Positions 36,279 through 45,539 are shown, counted from the stretch's first letter. The stretch: DNA of 64,000 bases from Candidatus Micrarchaeota archaeon (GCA_027365725.1 DAHXMA010000025.1:26611-90610), one strand, 5' to 3'. The notes: generated by a model from the letters alone, not told the origin. Program-made: numbers and translations.

Positions 36279-37316
36279 ATGGACGATACCGGCTACACGT
36301 TCGAGAGCGAATTCGACAAAAGGTATGGCCTGCTTACTAGAAAGCTTATACGATTAATATCCGAAGATTCAAGAGCCCCCATACTTGAGCTTTCAAATGT
36401 CCTTGGCGTTTCGCGCAGAACGGTAAGGGAAAGGCTGATAAGAGCCGAGAAGGACCTTGGCATAAAATACACAGCCGAATTCAATGAAAATGCGCTTAAC
36501 CTGACAAACCCCCACCTCATACTGGCAAAATTTACAAACAAGCCGGACTGGGACGAGGTATCCCGCATACTTTCTTCATCCTATGTTCCGCAGCTTGCAG
36601 TTGTCATGAAGGGAAAATATGACCTGCTAATATATGCAAATGCTGTTACAAGCGCCGAGTACGTTTACTGGGACAAGAGTACTCAAATAAAGCTTTCCAA
36701 ATATGGCGTATCCTGGCACCCTTCTGACGTTGCACACAAGCAGCTAGGGTACTTTCCATTGAGAAACGAGCTAATAGATAGGCTAGAAATGGATCCAAAG
36801 CGCAAGGAGATGCTCAAGCTGATAAATAGCAACGCGCGCATAACCTTCAGCGATATATCCAAGCGGATAGGCATGCACTTCAATACAGTTGCATATAATT
36901 TCAACAAGCTTATGGCTTCAGGAAAGGTAAAGAGATTCACAATAGCAATAAGCCCTCCAAAAGACCTTACCATAATCTCGCTTTTCAGCAAGTACATTCT
37001 CTCGGACGGGTTCGAAGACGATGCGGGAAGAATACGGAAAGTGTATACAACAAGCGGCACGGACTATCCGCTAATTAGCAGATACCTTATGTGTGCCCAA
37101 CTGGTGGGAAGCTACGATTTCTTCAACATGGGCATATTCGACAGCTATGATGTTGCATTCAAGCAGGCAATATTGCAGTACAAGGACATAATGAAAAGGC
37201 ACAAGGCACATGTTGAGTACGGCTGCGTTGAGCGTGTAATACTCGGAGCTCTGCCTCTAAGGAGCATCGACACGAAGGGCGAATATAACATAATAAAATG
37301 GACAGTTCACCAGTAG
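36279..37316 (+). CDS. transcriptional regulator with two Lrp/AsnC-type winged-helix HTH modules
   Basis: TRKLIRLISEDSRAPILELSNVLGVSRRTVRERLIRAEKDLGI and a second copy, MLKLINSNARITFSDISKRIGMHFNTVAYNFNKLMASGKVKRF. ATTTAAAT lies 20 nt upstream. Confidence 0.6.
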   Translation: MDDTGYTFESEFDKRYGLLTRKLIRLISEDSRAPILELSNVLGVSRRTVRERLIRAEKDLGIKYTAEFNENALNLTNPHLILAKFTNKPDWDEVSRILSSSYVPQLAVVMKGKYDLLIYANAVTSAEYVYWDKSTQIKLSKYGVSWHPSDVAHKQLGYFPLRNELIDRLEMDPKRKEMLKLINSNARITFSDISKRIGMHFNTVAYNFNKLMASGKVKRFTIAISPPKDLTIISLFSKYILSDGFEDDAGRIRKVYTTSGTDYPLISRYLMCAQLVGSYDFFNMGIFDSYDVAFKQAILQYKDIMKRHKAHVEYGCVERVILGALPLRSIDTKGEYNIIKWTVHQ

Positions 37317-37440
37317 AAAAACCAAATAGCTCCTATGGCCATCACAAGCGCGCAACATCTCTCAAAAACGCATAAGCCACATTGCTATTTTAGTAAATTG
37401 CTGCCCAATTGCCGCGGCCCAGCAACATTAATATACCAGA

Positions 37441-38163
37441 ATGCAGCCTCTTTTTTTAATGACATATACAAAAACGCTTAGCCATCAAATCAAGAAGCTC
37501 GACGTTGCTCTTCCGTGGCTTGCCGCACTGGAATTTGCAAAGGAGGCAGGCGGGCTGCCTACCAACATACAATTTGAGCATGCAATTAGCGACAATAACA
37601 AACCGTTTAACTTTGATGAGCGCTCGTGGTGGACGAGTAGCATTATAGCATACCCTGAAAGCGGCAACGTTTTCATTAAAGGCAAGGATATAATAGATTC
37701 CATACCGAAAGATAGGGTATGGGTTCTGCCTGCATCATGCCTGCCAGGTGAGGTTTTCGAATCCCAAGACAAACGCATTTGCATATTAATGGATTATTAC
37801 AACATAACCGTAACCGACTCCAAGGTAGTCATAGAGCCAACCCCCGGGACTATGCGCATTCTATCAGGATTTATCCAAAAGTCCGGCAAGAGCGGGGTCA
37901 AAGATCCAGAAACCGGAATCCCGCTGGTTCCTAATGCTGAAAAAAATTTCGAAACTGGCAACGTCAAAACTGCCATAAACTGCAATATATACCGTTCAAA
38001 TTGCCAGAGAGTAATACCAATATCCAGGGGTCCGTGGAAGGAAAGTGTAAATGCAGACTTAGGCGCCACAGACCCTCTTAATGTATCTTCAATCAACTTT
38101 GGTTTGGATGACGAGTTGCAGAACCTGCACTTAAGGCTATCACGCCTGAAAAGGGTGAGATAG
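37441..38163 (+). CDS. hypothetical protein, paralog A of a tandem pair (unknown family)
   Basis: 240-aa ORF with no signal or TM. By eye it aligns with the next gene over most of its length (GG...ISD...WWT..IAY..G..F..G.DIID...WVLPAS.LP...VVIEPTP...ILSGFI). Confidence 0.65.
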   Translation: MQPLFLMTYTKTLSHQIKKLDVALPWLAALEFAKEAGGLPTNIQFEHAISDNNKPFNFDERSWWTSSIIAYPESGNVFIKGKDIIDSIPKDRVWVLPASCLPGEVFESQDKRICILMDYYNITVTDSKVVIEPTPGTMRILSGFIQKSGKSGVKDPETGIPLVPNAEKNFETGNVKTAINCNIYRSNCQRVIPISRGPWKESVNADLGATDPLNVSSINFGLDDELQNLHLRLSRLKRVR

Positions 38164-38164
38164 A

Positions 38165-38884
38165 ATGGCGATGAAATTGCAAATAAAGGGCAAGCCAGTA
38201 ATCCTAGACAAATCTACTTCGAGTGCAAAATGGGTTGACGCCCAAAAATTGTTCAGAAATAGCGGCGGCATAGCTTCGAACCTAGCAATCGACGATCTAA
38301 TATCTGATCGAGGCAATAATGGCGTATCTTGGACAGGGCCTAGGTGGTTCTGGACCGGCAATGTGCTTGCATATACTGCAATAGGCGAGCCGTTCCGCAG
38401 CGGAATTGATGTGGTAGATAAAAACGGAACATTTGTTTTGCCTGCCTCAAGCGTACCTGCGCATGCGGTAGGAATCCCAAACGTAGGCCTATTCATATAT
38501 CCTGAAAACGTCATTGAAAACACGGGCCGCGTAATAATAGAGGCTACGCCAAAGAATATAGTGGTTCTAACGAATTTCATAACAGAGGTAGATGGCTGGG
38601 GCAGGGCTGATCGGTCAACTGCTGTGCCTGTACGCGATGATGAAGGCCTTGTAGAAGCTGGGGAAAAAAGGCTACTATCGCGTATATCGGGGCAGGGCGT
38701 AAGGCCAATAGCACGCGCAGTTTGCAGTTTCAGCACGGACAAATTCACAGTGCATGCAGGGTTTGAGCAAAAAAGCGATCTAATGGCGTTGTCGATATAT
38801 TTCGATACGTCAGAGTTTACAAAGGAAGGAAGGAAATCATTAGAAAGGCTCAAAAGGCAACTTCTGTCATTACATAGAACGTAA
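38165..38884 (+). CDS. hypothetical protein, paralog B of a tandem pair (unknown family)
   Basis: 239-aa ORF starting 1 nt after paralog A. Shared blocks are SGG...ISD, WFWTGNVLAY, GIDVVD, FVLPASSVP, VIIEATP, VLTNFI and a basic helical C-terminus (LERLKRQLLSLHR versus LRLSRLKRVR). Confidence 0.65.
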   Translation: MAMKLQIKGKPVILDKSTSSAKWVDAQKLFRNSGGIASNLAIDDLISDRGNNGVSWTGPRWFWTGNVLAYTAIGEPFRSGIDVVDKNGTFVLPASSVPAHAVGIPNVGLFIYPENVIENTGRVIIEATPKNIVVLTNFITEVDGWGRADRSTAVPVRDDEGLVEAGEKRLLSRISGQGVRPIARAVCSFSTDKFTVHAGFEQKSDLMALSIYFDTSEFTKEGRKSLERLKRQLLSLHRT

Positions 38885-39049
38885 AACTTTTTGCTAGTTT
38901 TCAGAAGTTTGCTTACAACCTGCCTTTTGCTCTGTCATGGCAAAGTGCCAAGCATATTCAATTACAGTTTCAGCTGCGCGCTCCATGCCGCATTAACACA
39001 AAAGCCCAAAGCCCTTTGGCAGACCTGTGCAATTTGCCATATGCCCTGT

Positions 39050-40642
39050 CTATTTCTTCTCACGATGCAATGATCCATGCCTGCCCGCTGCGCTAGCGGC
39101 CTTCCTCCTGCGGTAAACTGCAAAGACCGCAATCACTATCACAGCAAAAATAAAAATGTCAGTCAAATAGCTGCCACCTTGCCCAGAAACATTTATGTAA
39201 TAGTTCTGCGAGCCTGAGTACTGCTGGCTGCCAGATCCAGAAGGCTGCGACCACTGCTCGTACAATGTTATCGGGTACTGCCCAGGGCTTGCCTGCGTAT
39301 TGACGTTCACATAAAAAGTTATTGCAGTAGACTGCCCCGGCTCCAGCGCGCTTACGTACGCATTCGGGTTTACTTGCGATATCGGATATATTGTCTGCAA
39401 GCTAAATACTATCGACTGCGCTTCTTCGTTTCCAGTATTCTTAACATCAAGCGTTACAGGCACATAAGTGCTTCCTACTGGCACGCCTCCCGCAACCTCA
39501 GTAACATTGAATTGAGCTATCGGCTGCAATGTTATTGGTATCATTTCGGTTTTGGTAAATGTCTTATTATAGTCAGAATTCTGGTAGCTGACCGAAACCG
39601 GAAGGTAATACCTGCTACTGTTTGCGTTTTTGTTCGCAGTTATGAATAGCGATGCGGATGCCGAAGAACCAGCGTTTACAGAGCCTACCAGCTCCCTTGA
39701 AGCCGAGTCGCCTACAGTTATGTTGCTGTTGCTAAGCGCAGATATGGTAACGTTTTTAGCCGCTCCGCTGCCTATATTCTGCAAAGAAAGCAGCAGCGTC
39801 TGGTTCGTGCCAGGATACAATGCTGGCGGGCTTGCATCTTCTATCCCAATTTCAATCTCTGGGGACCCGATGGATACGCTTATAGGCACCATTTCATTGT
39901 ATGTATACTCCGATCCATATTGATCATGGTATGTAAGCATAACCGGCAAGTCTGCATAACCTCCCTTAAGCGTAGTGTTTGCAAGCAGCATTGCTGAGGC
40001 CACGGCTGTGCTGCCAGGGCTTATAGTACCCAAGTTGAATTTCGCACCTCCCGCTATGCTGAAATTGTTTGAGTTACTCAATGTAATGCTTGTATTTGTG
40101 GCATTATCCGTTCCAACGTTAATTATGCTTATACCAACCGCAGACTCTGACCCTGGAGATATGGCTTCTGTAGGGTTTGCCGCAACATTCAAATCCGGCA
40201 CGCCTCTTATGTAAAACGATATTGGCATTGATGCAGAAGAGGTCTCTTGCACATTGCTATTGCCGGAAGTCGTCTGGTACGTCGCCTCAAGATCAAGAGA
40301 ATATGTACCAGATTTTACATCTTTTGGCACATGCAGCGTATATGTGAAAAGGTATGTCCCACCGTACATCCCTGTCGGCACAGTTGTAAGCAGCTGCGTC
40401 ATCGCAGGGGAATAATTCAGCAGCGGGTAGCTTCCAGTGAGCTCAAGATTGACATTGGTAAGCTCAGAAGTGTACGAATTGTAGAGCTGAAACGATATAG
40501 TGGCATTGCCTCCGGCGTACACCGGTTGCGGAGTAACATCAAGGTTTGCTATCGAAAGCGCGCCGGACTGCGCACTAGCAATCCCAAACTGCAAGACCAG
40601 CACTGTAGCCATAACTGCCAAAAACGCATTCATGTGTTTCAT
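39050..40642 (-). CDS. secreted, C-terminally anchored repeat protein (COG1361/CARDB-like S-layer-domain, ABC-transporter-associated)
   Basis: Signal peptide MKHMNAFLAVMATVLVLQFGIASAQS. About four ~110-aa beta-rich repeats (ANLDVTPQPVYAGGNATISFQLYN..., ISPGSESAVGISIINVG..., LYPGTNQTLLLSLQNIG..., VPVGSTYVPVTLDVKNTG...). C-terminal TM plus RRRK. It lies last in the ABC operon. Confidence 0.75.
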   Translation of the reverse strand: MKHMNAFLAVMATVLVLQFGIASAQSGALSIANLDVTPQPVYAGGNATISFQLYNSYTSELTNVNLELTGSYPLLNYSPAMTQLLTTVPTGMYGGTYLFTYTLHVPKDVKSGTYSLDLEATYQTTSGNSNVQETSSASMPISFYIRGVPDLNVAANPTEAISPGSESAVGISIINVGTDNATNTSITLSNSNNFSIAGGAKFNLGTISPGSTAVASAMLLANTTLKGGYADLPVMLTYHDQYGSEYTYNEMVPISVSIGSPEIEIGIEDASPPALYPGTNQTLLLSLQNIGSGAAKNVTISALSNSNITVGDSASRELVGSVNAGSSASASLFITANKNANSSRYYLPVSVSYQNSDYNKTFTKTEMIPITLQPIAQFNVTEVAGGVPVGSTYVPVTLDVKNTGNEEAQSIVFSLQTIYPISQVNPNAYVSALEPGQSTAITFYVNVNTQASPGQYPITLYEQWSQPSGSGSQQYSGSQNYYINVSGQGGSYLTDIFIFAVIVIAVFAVYRRRKAASAAGRHGSLHREKK

Positions 40643-40663
40643 TTTTTCACCATATTAATCATA

Positions 40664-41809
40664 TCATTCTATAGTAGGCTTGAATGTTTTGAATGCAAGC
40701 GCGGCAAGCGCAAGCGTGAATATTATGAGTATGCCCATATCTGTTATCAGTTGGCTTGTAGATATGAAACCCTGCATTATCACGGCCCTGTTAATATCTG
40801 TGGCATAAGTCAACGGGTCTATTGCTGACACAGGAGCCAGCCAAGAAGGCAGGCTGGATATTGGTGTTATGCCCCCTGATATGAACCACAGCGGAAGCCC
40901 TACTGCCTGGGCAAATATGGTATACGCGTCTACGCGCGATACCCGTGAGGCAACTACCATTGACAAAGCACCGAAGCCGAGGCCTATTATGACCGTCACT
41001 GTTATTATATACAGTATTGCAACGACTCCCATTGCAAGCGTAACTCCAAAAAGCATCCCTATAAGCAATGCCAGAAGCGCAGATATAAGCCCCTGCATTG
41101 CGCTTGACAGCATCCTGCTTATTACTATCGCATTCTTGTTTATGGGAGTTATAAGGAATGCCTTTATTATCCCAAGCTGCTTATCTGACAGGTATGCTAC
41201 TCCTCCTCCAAAAAGGGCCGCAAACACCACTACCATTGCCAGCAAGCCGCCTGTAAGAAAAGTCAAGTAACTTGATGTGGTCGAATAAAGCGCGTTTGAT
41301 GATATCTCGGAGTTAGTTTTTTGCGGCACAGCGGCTGCCGTTGAAGATACCTGTCCAATGGCTGCCGCCGTGGCAACTTCCCCAAAATGCTGCGCATCCT
41401 GCGTTATCGTTGGCAGGACCTCGCTTATTACCGTAGGCTGAGTGTTAGAATAATAGACCTGCACTGCGGGATTGCTGCCGGTTTTACTGGGAAAATTCGG
41501 AAGTATTATCACTATAAGCTGCACATTGCCAATCTGCAGCATGCTAAGCGCATCCTGTTCGTTTGTCGCAGAAACTATCTGCAACGTCTGATCTGCCTGC
41601 AGGCTGTTTATAAACTGCATGGACTGGGCGTTGTTTGCGTAATTTACAACCGCTATTGGAACATTCCTTACCGCAGTGCCGATATTGCCAAAAAATACTA
41701 TTATAACCAGCGGAAATATCACCGACCTCATAACATTCGTCCTAAGGTTTGCCTTGAATATGAGTAATTCCCTCTTGAACAGAGTTCTAGATTCCCTTGC
41801 AAGCCCCAT
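40664..41809 (-). CDS. ABC-2 type transporter permease
   Basis: 381 aa with one N-terminal TM, a large extracytoplasmic loop and then five C-terminal TMs, the architecture of ABC-2 permeases. It lies directly downstream of the ATPase. Confidence 0.75.
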   Translation of the reverse strand: MGLARESRTLFKRELLIFKANLRTNVMRSVIFPLVIIVFFGNIGTAVRNVPIAVVNYANNAQSMQFINSLQADQTLQIVSATNEQDALSMLQIGNVQLIVIILPNFPSKTGSNPAVQVYYSNTQPTVISEVLPTITQDAQHFGEVATAAAIGQVSSTAAAVPQKTNSEISSNALYSTTSSYLTFLTGGLLAMVVVFAALFGGGVAYLSDKQLGIIKAFLITPINKNAIVISRMLSSAMQGLISALLALLIGMLFGVTLAMGVVAILYIITVTVIIGLGFGALSMVVASRVSRVDAYTIFAQAVGLPLWFISGGITPISSLPSWLAPVSAIDPLTYATDINRAVIMQGFISTSQLITDMGILIIFTLALAALAFKTFKPTIE

Positions 41810-41813
41810 GAAA

Positions 41814-42821
41814 TCATCTGCGCATTATATTTGACCTTGCAGAAGTGTATTCCGCGCTTGCAGAATCACGCATGCCCGATCCAGTCAGCTTTATGAAAAC
41901 ATCATCCAATGTGGGCAGATGCACGTTGACCGAAGCTACCAGCAGTTTCTTTTTGTCAAGAGCAGTAAGCATTTCAGTAAGCGTCTTCGGATCCCATTTT
42001 CCCATAACTGCGTCTACCCGGTCTCCCCTTACAGTGGGGTTTGCCTTAAAATGGGCTTTTATTATAGCTGCGGCTTTCTGCGCCTGCAATTCGTTTTCCA
42101 TTGTAATCTCCATGATCCTTCCCTGGCCAACCATCTTTTTGAGTTCTGACGCTGTGCCTATTGCGCGTATTACTCCATGGTCTATTATGGCTATCCTGTC
42201 GCAAAGCGCATCTGCTTCCTCAAGGTATTGCGTTGTAAGTATTATCGTGACCCCCATCTTAACGAGGTCCTTTATATGGTTCCACATGCTTACCCTGTTT
42301 TGGATATCCAGGCCAGTAGTAGGCTCGTCAAGTATAAGTAAAAGGGGATCCTGTATCATGGCCTTTACCAGCGCAAGTCGCCTTTGCATTCCTCCAGAGA
42401 AAGTGCCCGCCTTCTTATCTGCAAAGTCAGAAAGCTCAGCCTCTTCAAGCGCCAGGTTCACCTTTTCATTTATTTTATCTGCAGGCACATGGTACAGCTC
42501 CGAAGCAATCTCAAGGTTTTCCCTTGCAGTGAGATCTCCGTCAACCACCGTTTCCTGCGTCATAAGACCCATCTTGCTTTTTACTTTTTCTCCGCCGGAC
42601 TCTATCCCCATCCCGTTTATAACTATCCTGCCCGAAGTTGGTTTAAGGAGGCCCAGCACCATATTTATTGTGGTGGTCTTGCCTGCTCCATTTGGGCCTA
42701 GTATACCGAATATCTCCCCCTGTTTGATCTCAAGGCTTATGCCTTTCACCGCAGTGAAATCGCCGAACTTCTTGACAAGGTCCTTTATTTGCAGTACGTA
42801 CTCAGTCATCGAATTCCTCAT
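41814..42821 (-). CDS. ABC transporter ATP-binding protein (DrrA/CcmA-like)
   Basis: Walker A GPNGAGKTTT, Q-loop, signature FSGGMQRRLAL, Walker B LLILDEPTTGLD and H-loop. Confidence 0.9.
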   Translation of the reverse strand: MRNSMTEYVLQIKDLVKKFGDFTAVKGISLEIKQGEIFGILGPNGAGKTTTINMVLGLLKPTSGRIVINGMGIESGGEKVKSKMGLMTQETVVDGDLTARENLEIASELYHVPADKINEKVNLALEEAELSDFADKKAGTFSGGMQRRLALVKAMIQDPLLLILDEPTTGLDIQNRVSMWNHIKDLVKMGVTIILTTQYLEEADALCDRIAIIDHGVIRAIGTASELKKMVGQGRIMEITMENELQAQKAAAIIKAHFKANPTVRGDRVDAVMGKWDPKTLTEMLTALDKKKLLVASVNVHLPTLDDVFIKLTGSGMRDSASAEYTSARSNIMRR

Positions 42822-43173
42822 TCACAAGTCTTTTCATTTCCTTTATCATGCCAAGTAATATTCTGTCCTTGTTCCTTACAACAGCATTGCCCTTCTTTGT
42901 CATGGCAAATACTTTGTTTATCTTGCTGCCCTTTACGGTAGGGCGGCTTTTAATATATCCCCCTTTTTCTAGAGAAGAAGTCATATTGTATATGTCATTT
43001 TTGCTGACATTGCCAAATATTCCATATCCATGCACGCTCTCAAGCGATTTTATTACCTTCATAATTTCGTAGGGGTACGTGCGGTGGCTTCTTATATAAC
43101 TAAGCATCATCAGCTTTAATACCCCGTTTTTAAGTTCCTTGTCCGGATAAGCAAAGCCTCTCGAAGCCTTCAT
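42802..43173 (-). CDS. PadR-family transcriptional regulator
   Basis: LKLMMLSYIRSHRTYPYEIMKVIK...LEKGGYIKSRP...KVFAMTKKG is a winged-helix PadR pattern. It is the first gene of the ABC operon, with TTTAAATTTA 15-25 nt upstream of the ATG. Confidence 0.75.
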   Translation of the reverse strand: MKASRGFAYPDKELKNGVLKLMMLSYIRSHRTYPYEIMKVIKSLESVHGYGIFGNVSKNDIYNMTSSLEKGGYIKSRPTVKGSKINKVFAMTKKGNAVVRNKDRILLGMIKEMKRLVNEEFDD

Positions 43174-43389
43174 TTCAAAGCACTAGATTAAATTTAAACT
43201 AGTTTAGTAATCAACCATTTAGCTATAAAAACCTTCCTGCAATATCCGTCCGCTGTGCGTTGCCAACTTCCAACCCTTGGCCAGGCGCGCCACAGAGCGA
43301 ATGCAGCCATTATGCATTCAAGGCCTGCAGCTCCGGCTCCAGGACCGGCAGGTATGCCACTTAATAATATTATTAAGCAATAAAATAGC

Positions 43390-44289
43390 GTGAAAAGCCA
43401 CAGCATAAGCATAATAATACCCACAATAGAGGAGGAGAGCGTATTCGATCTTGTCAAAGATCTGCGCAATTCCCTTGGCCGCAACATAGAGATAATAATA
43501 GTTGACAAAAGCAGCAAAGAATATCATGAAAGGCTATTTTCAACCGGTGCCATTGTAATAAGACAGAGCGATCGGGGCGTTGAGAATGCGATAATGACGG
43601 GTCTGCGCAAGGCAAGCGGCGAAATACTGGCAAGCATAGATGCCGACGGCACGCACGATATATCCGGAATAGCAAAGGGTATAGCGCTGATTAAATCCGG
43701 TAAAGCGGATTTAGTGCTCGGTAATCGTATGGGCGGAATTGAAAAAGGCGCCATGGACTTCTACATAATGGCAGGAAACTATGCAATAAGCAGGATATTT
43801 AGCCAACTGTACAGGGCCCGGGTACACGACGTGCTTACCGGCCTTTTCGTAATGAGGCGGGACTCATTTGATCTGATACGGGACGTAACGCCATATAGGG
43901 CAGGCATAGCTTTTTTTGCAATCGAGCTTGCAAGGCTTGGATGCAAGGTAAGGGAGGTAGACATAAGATATTATAAGAGGAGGTATGGAAAGTCTAAATT
44001 GACAAGGTCAAAGCTTGCATATGGTGTAAATGTGGCATCTCATCTGCTGCGCCAGCTTAGAGACTACAGCCCGCTACTAATCTTCGGCGGCATAGGCATA
44101 TTACTTGCAGTTATAGGCGCCGTGCTCGGAATCAGCGTACTTGCAAATTACCTGTCCACCGGAATATTCGCCCAGACTGGCAGGGCCCTCGTAGCATTCA
44201 TGCTTGTTACACTGGGTGTCCTCTTCGTAATAGCCGGCCTTATATTAGACATGCTTTTGGAGATTGAAAAGAGGCTTTCTAGGAAGTAA
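43390..44289 (+). CDS. family 2 glycosyltransferase, dolichyl-phosphate sugar synthase-like with C-terminal TM helices
   Basis: ISIIIPTIEEES, IIIVDKSS, SIDADGTHD (DxD), and two C-terminal TM helices as in Dpm1/AglD/GtrB-like enzymes. GTG start immediately after an in-frame TAA. Confidence 0.75.
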   Translation: MKSHSISIIIPTIEEESVFDLVKDLRNSLGRNIEIIIVDKSSKEYHERLFSTGAIVIRQSDRGVENAIMTGLRKASGEILASIDADGTHDISGIAKGIALIKSGKADLVLGNRMGGIEKGAMDFYIMAGNYAISRIFSQLYRARVHDVLTGLFVMRRDSFDLIRDVTPYRAGIAFFAIELARLGCKVREVDIRYYKRRYGKSKLTRSKLAYGVNVASHLLRQLRDYSPLLIFGGIGILLAVIGAVLGISVLANYLSTGIFAQTGRALVAFMLVTLGVLFVIAGLILDMLLEIEKRLSRK

Positions 44290-44698
44290 CCTTGTCTTGG
44301 TACTTCAACGATATTGCAAGCAGGCCTATTACGCACAGGTGCACCGCAGTGCAATATACGCATATTGCTTTGAGCACATACTCAGTTGATATAAAATAAA
44401 GTACAAACGCCAGCCCTACTCCGTTAAGCAGAAGCATCTGCTCCCTGCCAAAATACTTGTATATAAAAATTATCTCTATAGCAAAGAAAACGATGCCAAG
44501 AACTGCGTTTGGCACACCGAATATGGTGGAATACTGGCTTGAAAGCACAGTGCCACAGTTTATTATACCGGTATCCGGACAAGCCACTGGGGTTGACGTA
44601 TACCTTATGAATGTAAGGTAAGCGCTAATCGCAATGCCTATAATTGACATTGACAGCGCCGCAGTTTTTGCGTTCAAATCAGGTACCTTTAGATCCAA
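44279..44698 (-). CDS. vitamin K epoxide reductase (VKOR) family membrane protein
   Basis: Loop cysteines [25 protein letters not shown], and the active-site CVYC in the last helix bundle. Alternative ATG at 44650. Confidence 0.8.
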   Translation of the reverse strand: MDLKVPDLNAKTAALSMSIIGIAISAYLTFIRYTSTPVACPDTGIINCGTVLSSQYSTIFGVPNAVLGIVFFAIEIIFIYKYFGREQMLLLNGVGLAFVLYFISTEYVLKAICVYCTAVHLCVIGLLAISLKYQDKVTS

Positions 44699-45500
44699 GC
44701 GCGTTGAGCGTTTCGGTTACATATGGCTGCGAGCACACGCTTTCTGGAGTATCATTTGTAATCTTGCATATCTCTGCCGTGAATACGTCTGCGGATCCTA
44801 CTATGGATTGAGATATGGAAGAGTTTGTGTCTGTAAGGTTAGAAAGTATTCCATTCCAAGTGTATCCTGCAACTATCTCCGGGTCCAATGGCGCGCCAAG
44901 CTGTATAGATTCGTTTGCGAAATCTACAAAGGGTATGCCGCCACCCGGATTATACTTTGAAAAAATGCTATTCTCTAAAGGAGTAGGCTCTTGCAGGTTC
45001 TGGAATCTGCTTCTAGTCGTTGTCTCTACGCTCACGAATACTATGTAATTGCTTGTGTATGTTGAATTGTAAAATGTGAATGTAGGCGTATTTGGAAACA
45101 CATCTGATGCGTTCGAAGCCATGTAATGCAGGTTGTAGAAATTGCCGAATCTCATCAAGGCTATTATCATACCCCACCTTGTTATTGCGCAATACGGGCA
45201 ATACTCGGCCCCTATATAAAGGATTTCAGGTTTCCCTCCACTTTCTAGCGCCGGCGCGCTGATGCTCGTGGGGAACCCAGAAACGCTGCCAATGCCTATC
45301 TTATCGCTAACGCTGCTTGGAACATTAAGAAGGGACATTGCCTGCTGCGAAACAGGTTTTCCTAACTCTGAATTTATGTAAGAGGCATTGCTCTGACCTG
45401 AAAAGCTTGTCAGGGCAAGTGCTGCAAACACTATAACAATTATTGCAATAACTGCAACATATGCTGTTTTCTTTTTCACTGAGCCACCAAATAATTTCAT
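44679..45500 (-). CDS. DUF929-family thioredoxin-like exported protein (CxxC)
   Basis: Signal-anchor [28 protein letters not shown] and [26 protein letters not shown], the DUF929 hallmark. The start is moved to ATG 45500, 30 nt from a TATA box. The track ORF extends to 45551. Confidence 0.7.
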   Translation of the reverse strand: MKLFGGSVKKKTAYVAVIAIIVIVFAALALTSFSGQSNASYINSELGKPVSQQAMSLLNVPSSVSDKIGIGSVSGFPTSISAPALESGGKPEILYIGAEYCPYCAITRWGMIIALMRFGNFYNLHYMASNASDVFPNTPTFTFYNSTYTSNYIVFVSVETTTRSRFQNLQEPTPLENSIFSKYNPGGGIPFVDFANESIQLGAPLDPEIVAGYTWNGILSNLTDTNSSISQSIVGSADVFTAEICKITNDTPESVCSQPYVTETLNALGSKGT

Positions 45501-45529
45501 ATATTTTGATATTACCTCTAAACTATTGA

Positions 45530-45539
45530 AATTTAAAGC
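45530..45539. promoter_or_regulatory. shared near-palindromic TATA element (AAATTTAAAG) between divergent genes
   Basis: It lies 30 nt from ATG 45500 (minus strand) and 31 nt from ATG 45570 (plus strand). Confidence 0.4.

Noticed and set aside
38140-38853. 237-aa minus-strand ORF overlapping paralog B.
   Set aside because: The plus-strand ORF shares multiple collinear sequence blocks with the preceding paralog A and abuts it by 1 nt. The antisense translation is Ser/Pro-rich with no such support. It cannot be excluded entirely without expression data.
41845-42858. 337-aa plus-strand ORF, the longest unassigned ORF in the track.
   Set aside because: It lies exactly antisense to the ABC ATPase, whose Walker A, signature and Walker B motifs are unambiguous. 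The plus-strand translation is low-complexity Ser/Phe/Ile-rich, typical of a shadow ORF.
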